Below are positions 22,261 through 31,616 of a stretch of DNA of 64,000 nucleotides, in pieces. Position numbers and translations under genes: made by a program. Numbering within the stretch: the first letter of the stretch is position 1; every line of letters begins with the position of its first letter. A model generated the notes under the pieces. It worked only from the letters and a program-made list of their open reading frames with translations, was not told the origin of the DNA and made no database searches. The stretch covers positions 3,706-67,705 of the forward strand of contig JAOAET010000028.1 in NCBI GenBank assembly GCA_026416665.1. Direction: 5' to 3'. Source of the stretch: Candidatus Omnitrophota bacterium. GTDB taxonomy: Bacteria > Omnitrophota > Gorgyraeia > Gygaellales > Profunditerraquicolaceae.

Positions 22261-23217
22261 TCAGCGAACTTCTTCCCAAGAAACAATACGTGGAGAACGA
22301 AACCTGATGTTATCCAATGCCTGAGATATTTTAGTATAATTATGCTGGATATCTGCTGTTCCACTAACTGTGGTGTCTACATTGGCTGCACTTTCTACTA
22401 AAATTGAACCGTTCACAAAAGAAGTTCCCGACATATCCAATTCACCCATTACATAAATTACACCATCAAAATTTATGGTTCCAGCTATACGACAATCACC
22501 CTCTATTATTAAGATTCCCGAGCCGTAAACATTACCGGTAAACCTTGTTTTAGGTGCAATTACCCAATTTATACCGCTAAAATTTCCCGATGGAAATGTT
22601 TGATTATAAATGTTACTTAAACTTTTAATCTCCGTAGTAGAAAAACCAAAGAGGTCAGCAAAACTAAAGATGGAATTCTCTTTATAATAGTTAGGGTCTC
22701 TGGTTTTAGCTGGTGGTGGATTTGGTGTAGTATTCTCTCCCCATACTTTGGAGGAACCCTTAAAGATTATGTCCACGTTTGACTCGATACCGTATTTAAA
22801 TTTGTTTGAGTCCACATCTCTTGTACTTACCACAGCCTTTACCACTCTGGTTATGTTGCCAGCGGTTCCCTGTGAAACAACTTGATAGTAATTTGTTAAA
22901 CCAATACGATTAATTGTTGCAGTATAATTGGCATTACCAACTGTGCCACTAACTGAACTCCCATTTAGTTTATTATCCCGAACATCTTGGATACCTGCTT
23001 CTGCTGCCCACAAAGCCCGTGTTGAATTAATATAACGTCTTACAAGAAACATATGGTTTATTTGTTTATAGTAAAAAGAAGAGGCCAAGCCTGCCAATAT
23101 CAAGATAACAAAAAAACTAAGCACCAAAACCATACCTCTATTGTCTCTTACAATATCATTCATTACGAATTCTAACCTCCTCCACCATTGTAAAGTTAAG
23201 AGGTCTATTGCGTTCAT
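22261..23217 (-). CDS. PilX-like pilus assembly protein / large minor pilin
   Basis: N-terminal NRGMVLVLSFFVILILAGLASS segment, as in the PilX N-terminal domain, with an Asn/Ser-rich C-terminus. Confidence 0.45.
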   Translation of the reverse strand: MNAIDLLTLQWWRRLEFVMNDIVRDNRGMVLVLSFFVILILAGLASSFYYKQINHMFLVRRYINSTRALWAAEAGIQDVRDNKLNGSSVSGTVGNANYTATINRIGLTNYYQVVSQGTAGNITRVVKAVVSTRDVDSNKFKYGIESNVDIIFKGSSKVWGENTTPNPPPAKTRDPNYYKENSIFSFADLFGFSTTEIKSLSNIYNQTFPSGNFSGINWVIAPKTRFTGNVYGSGILIIEGDCRIAGTINFDGVIYVMGELDMSGTSFVNGSILVESAANVDTTVSGTADIQHNYTKISQALDNIRFRSPRIVSWEEVR

Positions 23218-23758
23218 TCTTACCCCTTTTTATCGCAATAATTATTTTACGGCTGGTCAATAAAGTGCTACTGTTAAAATCATTTTTTGATTCATTAGTA
23301 TAAGAAGTATAAAAAGGAGGCATTAAAACATTGGTAAAATTTATCTCGTTTATTACAGTGGTATTATTAAGTAAACGCCTAGTTAAGGTATATGTTTTGT
23401 TGTCATATTTATATTCTATATATTGACCTGTAAGTTTCTGTGTTAAATTGGTATCATTCCATACCCACAAAGGTATTTTTAAATAGTCAGTAGTAGGATT
23501 ATAAGCGTAAATTTTCTGTATCTTGCCCTGTCGGACATCGGAAGTTAACCAATCAAGAAGCATTCTTGTGTCAGAATATAAGTCAGTTTTTAGTGAACCA
23601 ATTGAATTGGAAATATCTCCTACTCTTAAGGCAGCAATTAATGAGGCGGAAATTATAGAAAAAATAAGTATCACAATTATTGCTTCAATTAAGGATAACC
23701 CCTGATGCTTTTTACAATGAAAAAAATGTGCTAAGAAGAAAACTTCTTGTTTCGCCAT
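23156..23758 (-). CDS. Minor pilin (prepilin-type N-terminus)
   Basis: QGLSLIEAIIVILIFSII, a class-III signal-peptide-like cleavage/methylation motif. Confidence 0.55.
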   Translation of the reverse strand: MAKQEVFFLAHFFHCKKHQGLSLIEAIIVILIFSIISASLIAALRVGDISNSIGSLKTDLYSDTRMLLDWLTSDVRQGKIQKIYAYNPTTDYLKIPLWVWNDTNLTQKLTGQYIEYKYDNKTYTLTRRLLNNTTVINEINFTNVLMPPFYTSYTNESKNDFNSSTLLTSRKIIIAIKRGKNERNRPLNFTMVEEVRIRNE

Positions 23759-24125
23759 TTTCTATCCAGTTTACTGTAACATTAACTATTTTTTTCTGTC
23801 CGGTTTGAGTTACTTTAACATTTATTGATTCGTTAGCCAGATTTGTAAAATTAATATCGGTACGACTTGATAAAGCATCAAAACTTTCACTTTTTAACTT
23901 TTCTAACACATATTGTGCATCTAAAGCAGCAATTGCTTTGTTAATTTCAGATTGAAGCAATCTATAAGAAGCAACAATAGAACCCAAAAGAGCAGTGATA
24001 CTAATAACTAAAATCCCTGCTACTACCATTAACTCGATTATTGTAAAACCTCGTTTTTGCTTAAGCATTTGGTTTAGTATAAATACCGGATTCATCCTCT
24101 TATTCTTGAGCATTACACGACTCAA
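23712..24125 (-). CDS. Minor pilin / pseudopilin
   Basis: KRGFTIIELMVVAGILVI, the canonical prepilin G|FTxxE motif. Confidence 0.65.
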   Translation of the reverse strand: MSRVMLKNKRMNPVFILNQMLKQKRGFTIIELMVVAGILVISITALLGSIVASYRLLQSEINKAIAALDAQYVLEKLKSESFDALSSRTDINFTNLANESINVKVTQTGQKKIVNVTVNWIENGETRSFLLSTFFSL

Positions 24126-24534
24126 TACTTAAAACCTGACCTGTGGTAACTGTAAATGCCTTCTTACCAGTTAAACCACAATGCACAGGTAAAGCAGTGC
24201 AGGTATAACCAGTGGCCTCCACCCGTGGACAACTAAACACATAACCACGCATATAATAAGGACCTAAGTATTCTTTCTTAATATAAGGTGGCTGAGCACT
24301 AGCTAATGCCTCCAAAGAAGAAGGATAAGTGTGGTTATGGTCATTAGCATAACCTTCAAGTGCAGTAGTGACTAACTTAAGAATTTCTTCTGCACCTGTC
24401 TCATTTTGGATAATAGTAAAATCTATAAAATAAGTAATTGCAATACGCAATAAAAGCGCAACAATAGCTATACTCATTAAAATAACCACAAAACTTCTTG
24501 CTTTTTCATTAATTCGCTTCATTTTTTCATTCAA
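24100..24534 (-). CDS. Membrane-anchored Cys-rich protein in the pilin gene set
   Basis: An N-terminal hydrophobic anchor and five Cys in the C-terminal half. There is no clear prepilin motif. Confidence 0.3.
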   Translation of the reverse strand: MNEKMKRINEKARSFVVILMSIAIVALLLRIAITYFIDFTIIQNETGAEEILKLVTTALEGYANDHNHTYPSSLEALASAQPPYIKKEYLGPYYMRGYVFSCPRVEATGYTCTALPVHCGLTGKKAFTVTTGQVLSIESCNAQE

Positions 24535-24554
24535 AATTTTTTAAAAGCCACTTA

Positions 24555-24594
24555 CAAAAAACCCCGCACCACAAAAAATGGCGCGGGGTTTTTT
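24555..24594 (-). terminator. Rho-independent terminator after pilA
   Basis: CCCCGCACC...GGCGCGGGG stem with a U-run on the minus strand and an A-run on the other side. Confidence 0.7.
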
Positions 24595-24610
24595 AAAGGT
24601 TGATCCAACA

Positions 24611-25033
24611 TTACTCAAGAGCAGTAAAGTTACCACCTGTAGCGTTATTCCTATACATCAATACACCTGATGTGTCCACCATAAAATCTCGGTTACCTGT
24701 AGTTCCAGGAGTAATGGGAAAAGCATAAGCCGTAAAACCAGAAGTATCCCCAGACAAGGAAAAACTGTACCCTTGTTTAGTACCACTGGCAAGTATAGCA
24801 TCAATATATGGTGGATTTCCGCTGCCTAAAACTGAAAGATTAGCAGGATAACTAGGATTGGCAGCACGATAGGTATGCGCAGAAGAAGCAATTGTCTTCA
24901 AGGCTGCAATGGCTGCTGATTCATTAGCTGCTAATCTTGCCCGCAATAGGTTAGGTATAGCAATGGCTGCCAATAAGGCAATAATGGCTACAACTATCAT
25001 AATCTCTACAAGAGTAAAACCGCGTCTGTTCAT
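24611..25033 (-). CDS. pilA: Type IV major pilin
   Basis: MNRRGFTLVEIMIVVAIIALLAAIAIPN, a textbook type IVa pilin N-terminus. The gene has a strong SD (AGGAGGAG) and its own promoter. Confidence 0.8.
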   Translation of the reverse strand: MNRRGFTLVEIMIVVAIIALLAAIAIPNLLRARLAANESAAIAALKTIASSAHTYRAANPSYPANLSVLGSGNPPYIDAILASGTKQGYSFSLSGDTSGFTAYAFPITPGTTGNRDFMVDTSGVLMYRNNATGGNFTALE

Positions 25034-25161
25034 TTGTTACTCCTCCTTTCTAAGGTAAGATTAACCACGTTGTTTCTATTACCTCCTTAGCTACAAAAAC
25101 TTAAAATAAAAGCTATCACTTTTCTAAGGAGTCCTTAAAACAAAATGGTTACCTTATTTCT

Positions 25162-25190
25162 TTTATATCACCTCCTCTCTTTTTTGTCAA
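25162..25190 (-). promoter_or_regulatory. Sigma70-like promoter for pilA
   Basis: On the minus strand: TTGACA (25190..25185), a 17-nt spacer, then TATAAA (25167..25162). Confidence 0.55.
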
Positions 25191-25228
25191 TAATTATTTA
25201 AGGCAACCTGTTTATTTTAAGCAACATC

Positions 25229-25262
25229 TAAAAACAAAAAACCTTGAGGCAAACCTCAAGGT
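25229..25262 (-). terminator. Rho-independent terminator (minus strand)
   Basis: ACCTTGAGG-CAAA-CCTCAAGGT hairpin followed on the minus strand by TTTTTTGTTTTT. Confidence 0.65.
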
Positions 25263-25373
25263 TTATTAAACTTGAAGTTACCCCTTTGGCAGCACGGCTG
25301 TCCAGTGTATTGCTGGACCCTTTGGCTTTGCGTCCCAAGATTACTCTTGGTTTGCCTTTTCAGTAGGTATCTT
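25229..25373 (-). ncRNA. Candidate ~140-nt small RNA or pilA upstream leader, defined by the promoter and terminator above
   Basis: No ORF. The region is bounded by a perfect -35/-10 and an intrinsic terminator, and contains several internal hairpins (GTCCAG...CTGGAC, CCAAG...CTTGG). Confidence 0.3.
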
Positions 25374-25380
25374 TATTTAA

Positions 25381-25409
25381 ATTATACCCTATAGAACCAT
25401 ATTTGTCAA
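25381..25409 (-). promoter_or_regulatory. Consensus sigma70 promoter (minus strand)
   Basis: TTGACA (25409..25404), an exact 17-nt spacer, then TATAAT (25386..25381). Both hexamers match consensus perfectly. Confidence 0.55.
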
Positions 25410-25625
25410 AGAGCAAAATAAAAACGTAAGGTATTATTTACCCCGCACCTCTAATAAAAGTATAACCTATATACATTGATTTTTCAATAAAATTTTGAAT
25501 ATAGCTCACCCTAAAGGTGAAAACAAAATGCTTTCAACTCTTTAACCCCAAATTTGTTTTAATTTTTAAAAAGGGGTTAAGTAATTGGTCAATTATTTGA
25601 GTTTTATCTTAAACTCTTAGGGTAT

Positions 25626-27818
25626 TTATTTAGTCTGCGGGCCTGACTGCGGGCTATTAAATCCCTGACGAAAGTCAACCCCTATTTCTGGAAATGCCTT
25701 TAATTTGAAAACACACCAGATAGCATCACCTTTGGTTTTCTCATGAGAATAAGTAAGCTCCCAAAGCCAACAATGTAAGTCTCTGGTAAAACCATATTCC
25801 TGAACTACAAACCCTTTTCTTAGGTCTGCTTTATCTGCAGTTTGTATCCGCTCATAGAGATGAAATTTCCATTTAGGAGTAAGGCGCCATTCTGAAGAAA
25901 CAGTTATTTCATTACTGCCATCATATTGATAACGCTGTCCTAAACCTATTTGTTTTTCATTACCAAAGTTAAACATAAAGTCGTAGTTAATTGTAGAAAA
26001 CTGTCTTTTCTCTGCAACATAGTTTGCATCGGAATAAAACTGAAGCCAATTATAAGGAAACACCTTTAATTTTAAAATAATATCTGATAACTCATCGTGA
26101 ACAGTTATTCCAGAAGTAGGGATACGCCGATAAAGATAATAGATACTGTCTACTTTAAAATCCACAAAATCAATAGTTTCATTATTGCGTTTGGTCTGCA
26201 GTTTATTTGATACGCCCAGTGTGAACGCATTACTGTGCCCAATGGCATCAATTGCGTCCATTTGATAAAGTTTTGTGCTGGGAATAGATGGCTGATTATT
26301 GTAAGCATAACCGATGGTTGGGCTAATTATGTGTCGCAAACGATTAATCTCAATATTTAAAAAATTACTAGTTAAATCATAGATACGGTAAAACTTTGTA
26401 GATACATCTATCCCTGAATAAAATACACTGCGCACTCCTATGGAATCACCCGAGTTATCTTTCGAATAATAAGTAAAACGCTCAGCCACATAAGGTGTAA
26501 ATTCAAAAATTGAGAAGTTTGTTGGTAGAGATATTTTGTTTAATGTATCCAGACGATTAACACTTTCGTCTTTCCAAGATGGACTAGGACTGGCCTCTTT
26601 TTTATTAAAAACAGTGGCTTTAGTAGTATCCTCAAAATAAAAAGGAGTTGAAAATATAGGCAGACTAGGTAAGGAATAAGTAATCTCAGGAAGTTTCTCT
26701 ATCTGGTCATACCAACGATTAATACGTTTTTCTAAATAAAAGCTTAACTGCGAATGTGTAAAATTATGATTAAGCAAGGCATAACTAATAGGTTTTGGGT
26801 CTCTTTCGTAATTTCGTGGAAAGTAATCTTTTAAAATATTATAAACTGAACCAAATTTGCGTCGTTTGTCATCTACAATACGATGAACTTCACCAGTAAA
26901 ATAAGTCTGTTCATCTATCTGCCAATGGTGGCGTAAGCGTGCAAAGTATCTTTGAAAATCACCAGATTCTTTGGGTAATCCTTCCTTAGGCCTTTCCGTA
27001 GTGTAATAGAATTTAAAATCACCACTTCCAAAACCTGTATTTTTGTAGTTTGCGCTTATACCTTCAGCAAAACCTAATTTGTTGCGATAATCAAAATATA
27101 TCTTGCCCTGAACTGATTCTGAAAGATAATAACGCGTAGCAGTTAAAAGATAGGCACCCCATTGGTCACTGTACCCAGGAGTTAACTGAATATGCGTGGC
27201 ATTGTCTTTTAAACTGTGCCGGTAATATGGCACATAAGCTACAGGAAGCGCCCCAAAATAAAGGACATTTTCCCAGCTTTTAATCTTATCTTGAGAATAA
27301 AAACTTAACTTCCTGCTTTTTAAGTGGTAATGTGGTTGATTGAAATTACAAGTAGAAAGCCTGCCATTATAGACATCAAATTGTTTATCAGAAACAAGCT
27401 CAATTTTTTCTGCTTTTCCAAAATAGGGTTGTGAGTAAAATTTTGCGTTTTCTATTGTACCTTGTTTGGTCTTAAAATTGTAAAGTATGCGTTCTCCATA
27501 CATTAAACCATGAACATCACGGATAGTGACATTTCCTTCAGCAATAGCTTGCTTTGTCTGTGTGTTTACCGTAAGTTTTTCGCAAGTTAAGATGGTTCCT
27601 TGATAATTGACAGAGACATTACCTTTGGCAACTATTTCATTTTTTTCAGTTAAATATTCTACAGTATCTCCATTAACTACCAGAGACTCACCCGGAACCT
27701 GAGCAAGGCAAACTTTTCTAGAAAATACAAGGACAAAAAAGAAAACAAACGAAAAAAACAGAATGATAAGATTTTTTTTCTTAGGAAAGTGTTTAGAAAA
27801 AACAGAAATCTTATTCAT
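25626..27818 (-). CDS. lptD: LPS-assembly outer-membrane protein LptD (OstA family)
   Basis: A signal peptide, then an N-terminal OstA-like domain (VVNGDTVEY...AKGNVSV...AEGNVTI) and a large C-terminal beta-barrel-like region rich in aromatic residues. Confidence 0.75.
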   Translation of the reverse strand: MNKISVFSKHFPKKKNLIILFFSFVFFFVLVFSRKVCLAQVPGESLVVNGDTVEYLTEKNEIVAKGNVSVNYQGTILTCEKLTVNTQTKQAIAEGNVTIRDVHGLMYGERILYNFKTKQGTIENAKFYSQPYFGKAEKIELVSDKQFDVYNGRLSTCNFNQPHYHLKSRKLSFYSQDKIKSWENVLYFGALPVAYVPYYRHSLKDNATHIQLTPGYSDQWGAYLLTATRYYLSESVQGKIYFDYRNKLGFAEGISANYKNTGFGSGDFKFYYTTERPKEGLPKESGDFQRYFARLRHHWQIDEQTYFTGEVHRIVDDKRRKFGSVYNILKDYFPRNYERDPKPISYALLNHNFTHSQLSFYLEKRINRWYDQIEKLPEITYSLPSLPIFSTPFYFEDTTKATVFNKKEASPSPSWKDESVNRLDTLNKISLPTNFSIFEFTPYVAERFTYYSKDNSGDSIGVRSVFYSGIDVSTKFYRIYDLTSNFLNIEINRLRHIISPTIGYAYNNQPSIPSTKLYQMDAIDAIGHSNAFTLGVSNKLQTKRNNETIDFVDFKVDSIYYLYRRIPTSGITVHDELSDIILKLKVFPYNWLQFYSDANYVAEKRQFSTINYDFMFNFGNEKQIGLGQRYQYDGSNEITVSSEWRLTPKWKFHLYERIQTADKADLRKGFVVQEYGFTRDLHCWLWELTYSHEKTKGDAIWCVFKLKAFPEIGVDFRQGFNSPQSGPQTK

Positions 27819-27821
27819 TAC

Positions 27822-28469
27822 TTATTGGGAAGGTATTTTTTTATAATCTTCTAAGAACCTCTGAATTCCTATATCCGTAAGTGGATGCTTAATTAGCTGT
27901 TCAATTACTGAAAACGGAACAGTAGCAATATCTGCTCCAATAAGCGCTGCCTCAACTACATGCATAGGATTACGCACTGAGGCAACAATAATCTCTGTTT
28001 TGAATTGGTAGTTTGAATATATTTTTTTTATGTCTTTTATAATTTGCATTCCTTCTTGGCTTATATCATCTAATCTACCAATAAATGGAGAAACATAAGT
28101 TGCCCCTGCTTTAGCCGCCAAAAGGGCCTGTGAAGGTGAAAAACACAAAGTAACATTAGTTTTTATATTCTCTTTTGACAATAATTGCACTGCCTTTAGT
28201 CCTTCTTTTATAAGAGGGATCTTTATTACGATATTATTGGCAATTTTGGCAAGCTCTCTTGCCTCTTTAACCATTTCAAGTGAAGTTTGTGAAATAACTT
28301 CAGCACTGACAGGCCCTGAGACAATTTTACATATCTGCTCTAAAATTTCATAAGCAGGACGTTTTTCTTTGGCAATTAAAGTAGGGTTAGTAGTCACACC
28401 ATCAATTAAGCCCAGCTGTTGTGCCTGTTTTATCTCTTCTATATTTGCAGTATCAATAAAAATTTTCAT
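27822..28469 (-). CDS. tal: Transaldolase (short Tal/FSA type)
   Basis: [13 protein letters not shown]...GVTTNPTL, 215 aa. Confidence 0.85.
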   Translation of the reverse strand: MKIFIDTANIEEIKQAQQLGLIDGVTTNPTLIAKEKRPAYEILEQICKIVSGPVSAEVISQTSLEMVKEARELAKIANNIVIKIPLIKEGLKAVQLLSKENIKTNVTLCFSPSQALLAAKAGATYVSPFIGRLDDISQEGMQIIKDIKKIYSNYQFKTEIIVASVRNPMHVVEAALIGADIATVPFSVIEQLIKHPLTDIGIQRFLEDYKKIPSQ

Positions 28470-28484
28470 TTTTTCTACTCCTTA

Positions 28485-29420
28485 TTAAATCTCTCTTCTT
28501 TGCAATTGCTCCTTTACCAAAAAAGCCGCACCAATCATTCCTGCATTTCGCCCTAATTTTGCCTTAAGGATTCTTAAGTCTTTTACCTGAACAGGCATTG
28601 CCCTTTCTTGAATAGTCTTATACACTGCATCAAAAAGAATCTGACCTGCATTAGCCACTCCACCTCCTACAACTACACAATCGGGATTAAGGACATTAAC
28701 AATCCCAACTAAAGCCACACCCAATTTCTTTCCTACATCTTTCCAGATAGCAATAGCCCTTTCATCACCTTTTCGTGCTAAACGGCTTACTTCTTCTAAA
28801 GGGATATCTTTTTTAAAAACCTTACGCACATTTTGGGCAATCCGCCGATTTCCAATATACGCCTCAAGACAGGCAATACCCCCACAGTTACAGTTTGGTC
28901 CTTTTTCATTAATTGGCACATGTCCTACCTCACCGGCTGCGAATGAAGAACCGCGATAAAGGCGTTTCTCAATAATTAAACCTGCTCCCACGCCTGTTCC
29001 CAAAGTAAGACAAACTGCATTGGTTGAACCTTTGGCTGCACCAGCACGAAATTCTGCAAGACACATAAGATTAGCGTCATTATCAATAAAAACAGGTATC
29101 CCCAATTTTTCCTCTAAAATACTGCGTAAAGGCACCTCTTTCCAGCCAGGAATATTCGGAAAAAAATGCACAATCCCCCGCACTACATCTACAGGACCAG
29201 GTAACCCAATTCCTATGCCTAGAATAAAGCTACGACTAAGATGATACTTAGCCGTTAAAGAATTTACTGAAGAGACAATAGCAGTCATTAATGCCTTAGG
29301 CTGGGCAAATACCTCTGTAGGCAAAATTTGACGTTCTTTGATAACACAGGATGAATCACAAAGCGCTATTTTAAGATTAGTTCCACCTAAATCTATTCCA
29401 ATAAAAAACTTATCTTTCAT
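28485..29420 (-). CDS. glk: ROK-family glucokinase
   Basis: GIDLGGTNLK ATP-binding motif and a CNCGGIAC zinc motif (ROK signature). Confidence 0.8.
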   Translation of the reverse strand: MKDKFFIGIDLGGTNLKIALCDSSCVIKERQILPTEVFAQPKALMTAIVSSVNSLTAKYHLSRSFILGIGIGLPGPVDVVRGIVHFFPNIPGWKEVPLRSILEEKLGIPVFIDNDANLMCLAEFRAGAAKGSTNAVCLTLGTGVGAGLIIEKRLYRGSSFAAGEVGHVPINEKGPNCNCGGIACLEAYIGNRRIAQNVRKVFKKDIPLEEVSRLARKGDERAIAIWKDVGKKLGVALVGIVNVLNPDCVVVGGGVANAGQILFDAVYKTIQERAMPVQVKDLRILKAKLGRNAGMIGAAFLVKEQLQRREI

Positions 29421-29607
29421 AGTGTAAAGTATTGTAACCTACCAAAACAATTATTGCAAGTATTATGTATAGTTCTTTGCCATATATACCAACGCTATTT
29501 TTCTCTTGCTGATTTGCCTGAAAAAACCCTTAATGGAAACCTCCCAGGTATGTGAATTGGAGTAATTAATAGAAAGAAATTTAATCAGGGAAAAATGAAA
29601 GGAAAGA

Positions 29608-30711
29608 TTATACAATTGTCTTTTCTGTATCCTTATCAAAAAAATGAACTTTGCTCATATCAAAGACCATATCAATATCAGCATTTACTTTCGGGCGGTC
29701 ATGGGCACCAACACGTGCGATAAAGGTGTGTTTACCGGTATTTAGATACAAATAGACCTCACTTCCCATTGGTTCAACTACTTCACAGGTAACTCGCACT
29801 GTGTTCTCCGGATGGGAATACGAAACAAAAAGTTTATCGTAGATATCCTCGGAACGAATTCCAAAAATTACCTCTCTATCTACATAAGGCATTAACTTAG
29901 AAAACATCTCTTCTACAATCTTTACCTGAATTTTTCCTTCATAGAAATAAAGCTTACCATTCTTTTTTATGATTTTACCATTCATAAAATTCATCGGTGG
30001 TGAACCCATAAAGCCTGCAACAAATTTATTAGCGGGTTTATCATAAATAGTAATAGGGTCAGCTACCTGCTGCAGTACTCCTTTGTTCATTACCGCTACC
30101 CGGTCACCCATAGTCATTGCTTCTACTTGGTCATGGGTTACGTAAATAATAGTGGTCTGTAAACGAATATGAAGTTTATGAATCTCCGTGCGCATCTGAA
30201 CGCGCATTTTTGCATCCAAATTAGAGAGCGGTTCATCAAAAAGAAAAACTTTGGGTTTACGCACAATGGCCCTTCCTACTGCAACTCTCTGACGCTCTCC
30301 ACCTGATAATTCTCTGGGTTTACGTTCAAGTAAGTGAGTAATGCCCAAAATCTCAGCTGCTTCTTTTACCCTCTGCATAATTTCTGACTTAGGATAGCGT
30401 CTGAGACGAAGACCAAACGCCATATTCTCAAAGGCAGTCATATGGGGGTAAAGCGCATAATTCTGAAAGACCATCGCAATGTCTCTATCTCTTGCAGGCA
30501 CGTCATTGACAAGTTTGTCACCAATAAAAATCTTTCCGGAAGTTACCTGTTCAAGTCCAGCAATCATCCTAAGAGTTGTAGACTTACCACACCCCGAAGG
30601 TCCAACCAAAACCATAAACTCTTTATTTTCAATGCCCAGACTTAAATTGTCTACAACCTTGGTTCCGTTTGTGTATTCTTTAGTTACATTTTGGAGGGAA
30701 ACTTGAGCCAT
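29608..30711 (-). CDS. Sugar ABC transporter ATP-binding protein (MalK/UgpC type)
   Basis: Walker A (GPSGCGKST), LSGGERQRVA signature, Walker B (FLFDEPLSNLD) and a C-terminal TOBE-like regulatory domain. Confidence 0.85.
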   Translation of the reverse strand: MAQVSLQNVTKEYTNGTKVVDNLSLGIENKEFMVLVGPSGCGKSTTLRMIAGLEQVTSGKIFIGDKLVNDVPARDRDIAMVFQNYALYPHMTAFENMAFGLRLRRYPKSEIMQRVKEAAEILGITHLLERKPRELSGGERQRVAVGRAIVRKPKVFLFDEPLSNLDAKMRVQMRTEIHKLHIRLQTTIIYVTHDQVEAMTMGDRVAVMNKGVLQQVADPITIYDKPANKFVAGFMGSPPMNFMNGKIIKKNGKLYFYEGKIQVKIVEEMFSKLMPYVDREVIFGIRSEDIYDKLFVSYSHPENTVRVTCEVVEPMGSEVYLYLNTGKHTFIARVGAHDRPKVNADIDMVFDMSKVHFFDKDTEKTIV

Positions 30712-30766
30712 CTTTTTTATACCAATTCTCAGAGTTTAAAAATTATAACAATTATTTTTAAAAAAA

Positions 30767-31606
30767 TCAACTTAAATAATCAAGCAACCGTGCAGTTGTT
30801 TGTTTCAGTTCTTTTCTCCCAACTATCATGTCAATTAAACCGTGCTCAAGCATAAACTCAGAACGTTGAAACTTTGGTGGTAACTTCTGTCTTATTGTCT
30901 GTTCAATAACCCGTGGTCCAGCAAAACCGATAAGTGCATTTGGTTCAGCAATAATAATATCCCCAAGACCAGCAAAGGAAGCCATCACTCCACCCATTGT
31001 AGGATTAGTTAAAATCGAAATATAGGGCAAATGTGCTTCTTTGTGGTATTTTAAAGCAGCAGAAGTCTTTGCCATCTGCATTAAAGATAACATCCCCTCA
31101 TACATACGCGCTCCACCACCTGAACCAGAAACAATAACAAGTGGCATACGATTTTTAGTAGCAAACTCAGTTGCCCGCGTAATTTTCTCACCTACCACTG
31201 ACCCCATTGAACCCATAATAAAACGCGAATCAGTCACTGCAACTACTGCTTTTTTGCCTTCTATTAAACCCCTTCCCCAAATTACTGCCTCCTTCAAACC
31301 CGTTGTTTGCTGATCTTGAGCAAGTTTTTCTTTATAGGTCTTTGGCCCTTTAAATTCTAAAGGGTCAACAGAAACCATATCTTTATCAAACTCTTCGAAA
31401 GTGTCTTTATCCAACAAATAAGTAATGCGCTGGTATGCACCAATAGCAAAATGAAAATTACACTTTGGACAAACAAATAGGTTCTCTTCTAAAACCTTGT
31501 TAAAAAGCACCTCAGAACAATTCTCGCATTTGGTCCATAAGCCGTCAGGAATTTCTTTTTTCTTGACCCGAACAATTGTGTATTTAGGTTTACCAAAAAG
31601 TGCCAT
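30767..31606 (-). CDS. accD: Acetyl-CoA carboxylase carboxyltransferase beta subunit
   Basis: N-terminal Zn ribbon (CENCSEV...CPKCNFH) and a crotonase-fold carboxyltransferase domain. Confidence 0.9.
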   Translation of the reverse strand: MALFGKPKYTIVRVKKKEIPDGLWTKCENCSEVLFNKVLEENLFVCPKCNFHFAIGAYQRITYLLDKDTFEEFDKDMVSVDPLEFKGPKTYKEKLAQDQQTTGLKEAVIWGRGLIEGKKAVVAVTDSRFIMGSMGSVVGEKITRATEFATKNRMPLVIVSGSGGGARMYEGMLSLMQMAKTSAALKYHKEAHLPYISILTNPTMGGVMASFAGLGDIIIAEPNALIGFAGPRVIEQTIRQKLPPKFQRSEFMLEHGLIDMIVGRKELKQTTARLLDYLS

Positions 31607-31616
31607 AGACAGTCCT

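Noticed and set aside
25241-25262. CTTGAGG-N5-CCTCAAG inverted repeat resembling a HAIR (HspR operator) half-site arrangement
   Set aside because: The spacer is 5 nt, not 7. It is followed by a U-run so it works as a terminator, and it is 15 kb away from the heat-shock genes. It is interpreted as an intrinsic terminator.
25270-25370. Tested whether the lptD-pilA non-coding block is SRP (4.5S) RNA, 6S RNA, tmRNA, RNase P RNA or a tRNA
   Set aside because: No match by eye to the SRP domain IV motif (GGAAGGAAGCAGCC region), the tmRNA tRNA-like 3' end, the RNase P P4 motif, or a tRNA T-loop (GTTCRANYC). It is kept only as an unclassified sRNA candidate.
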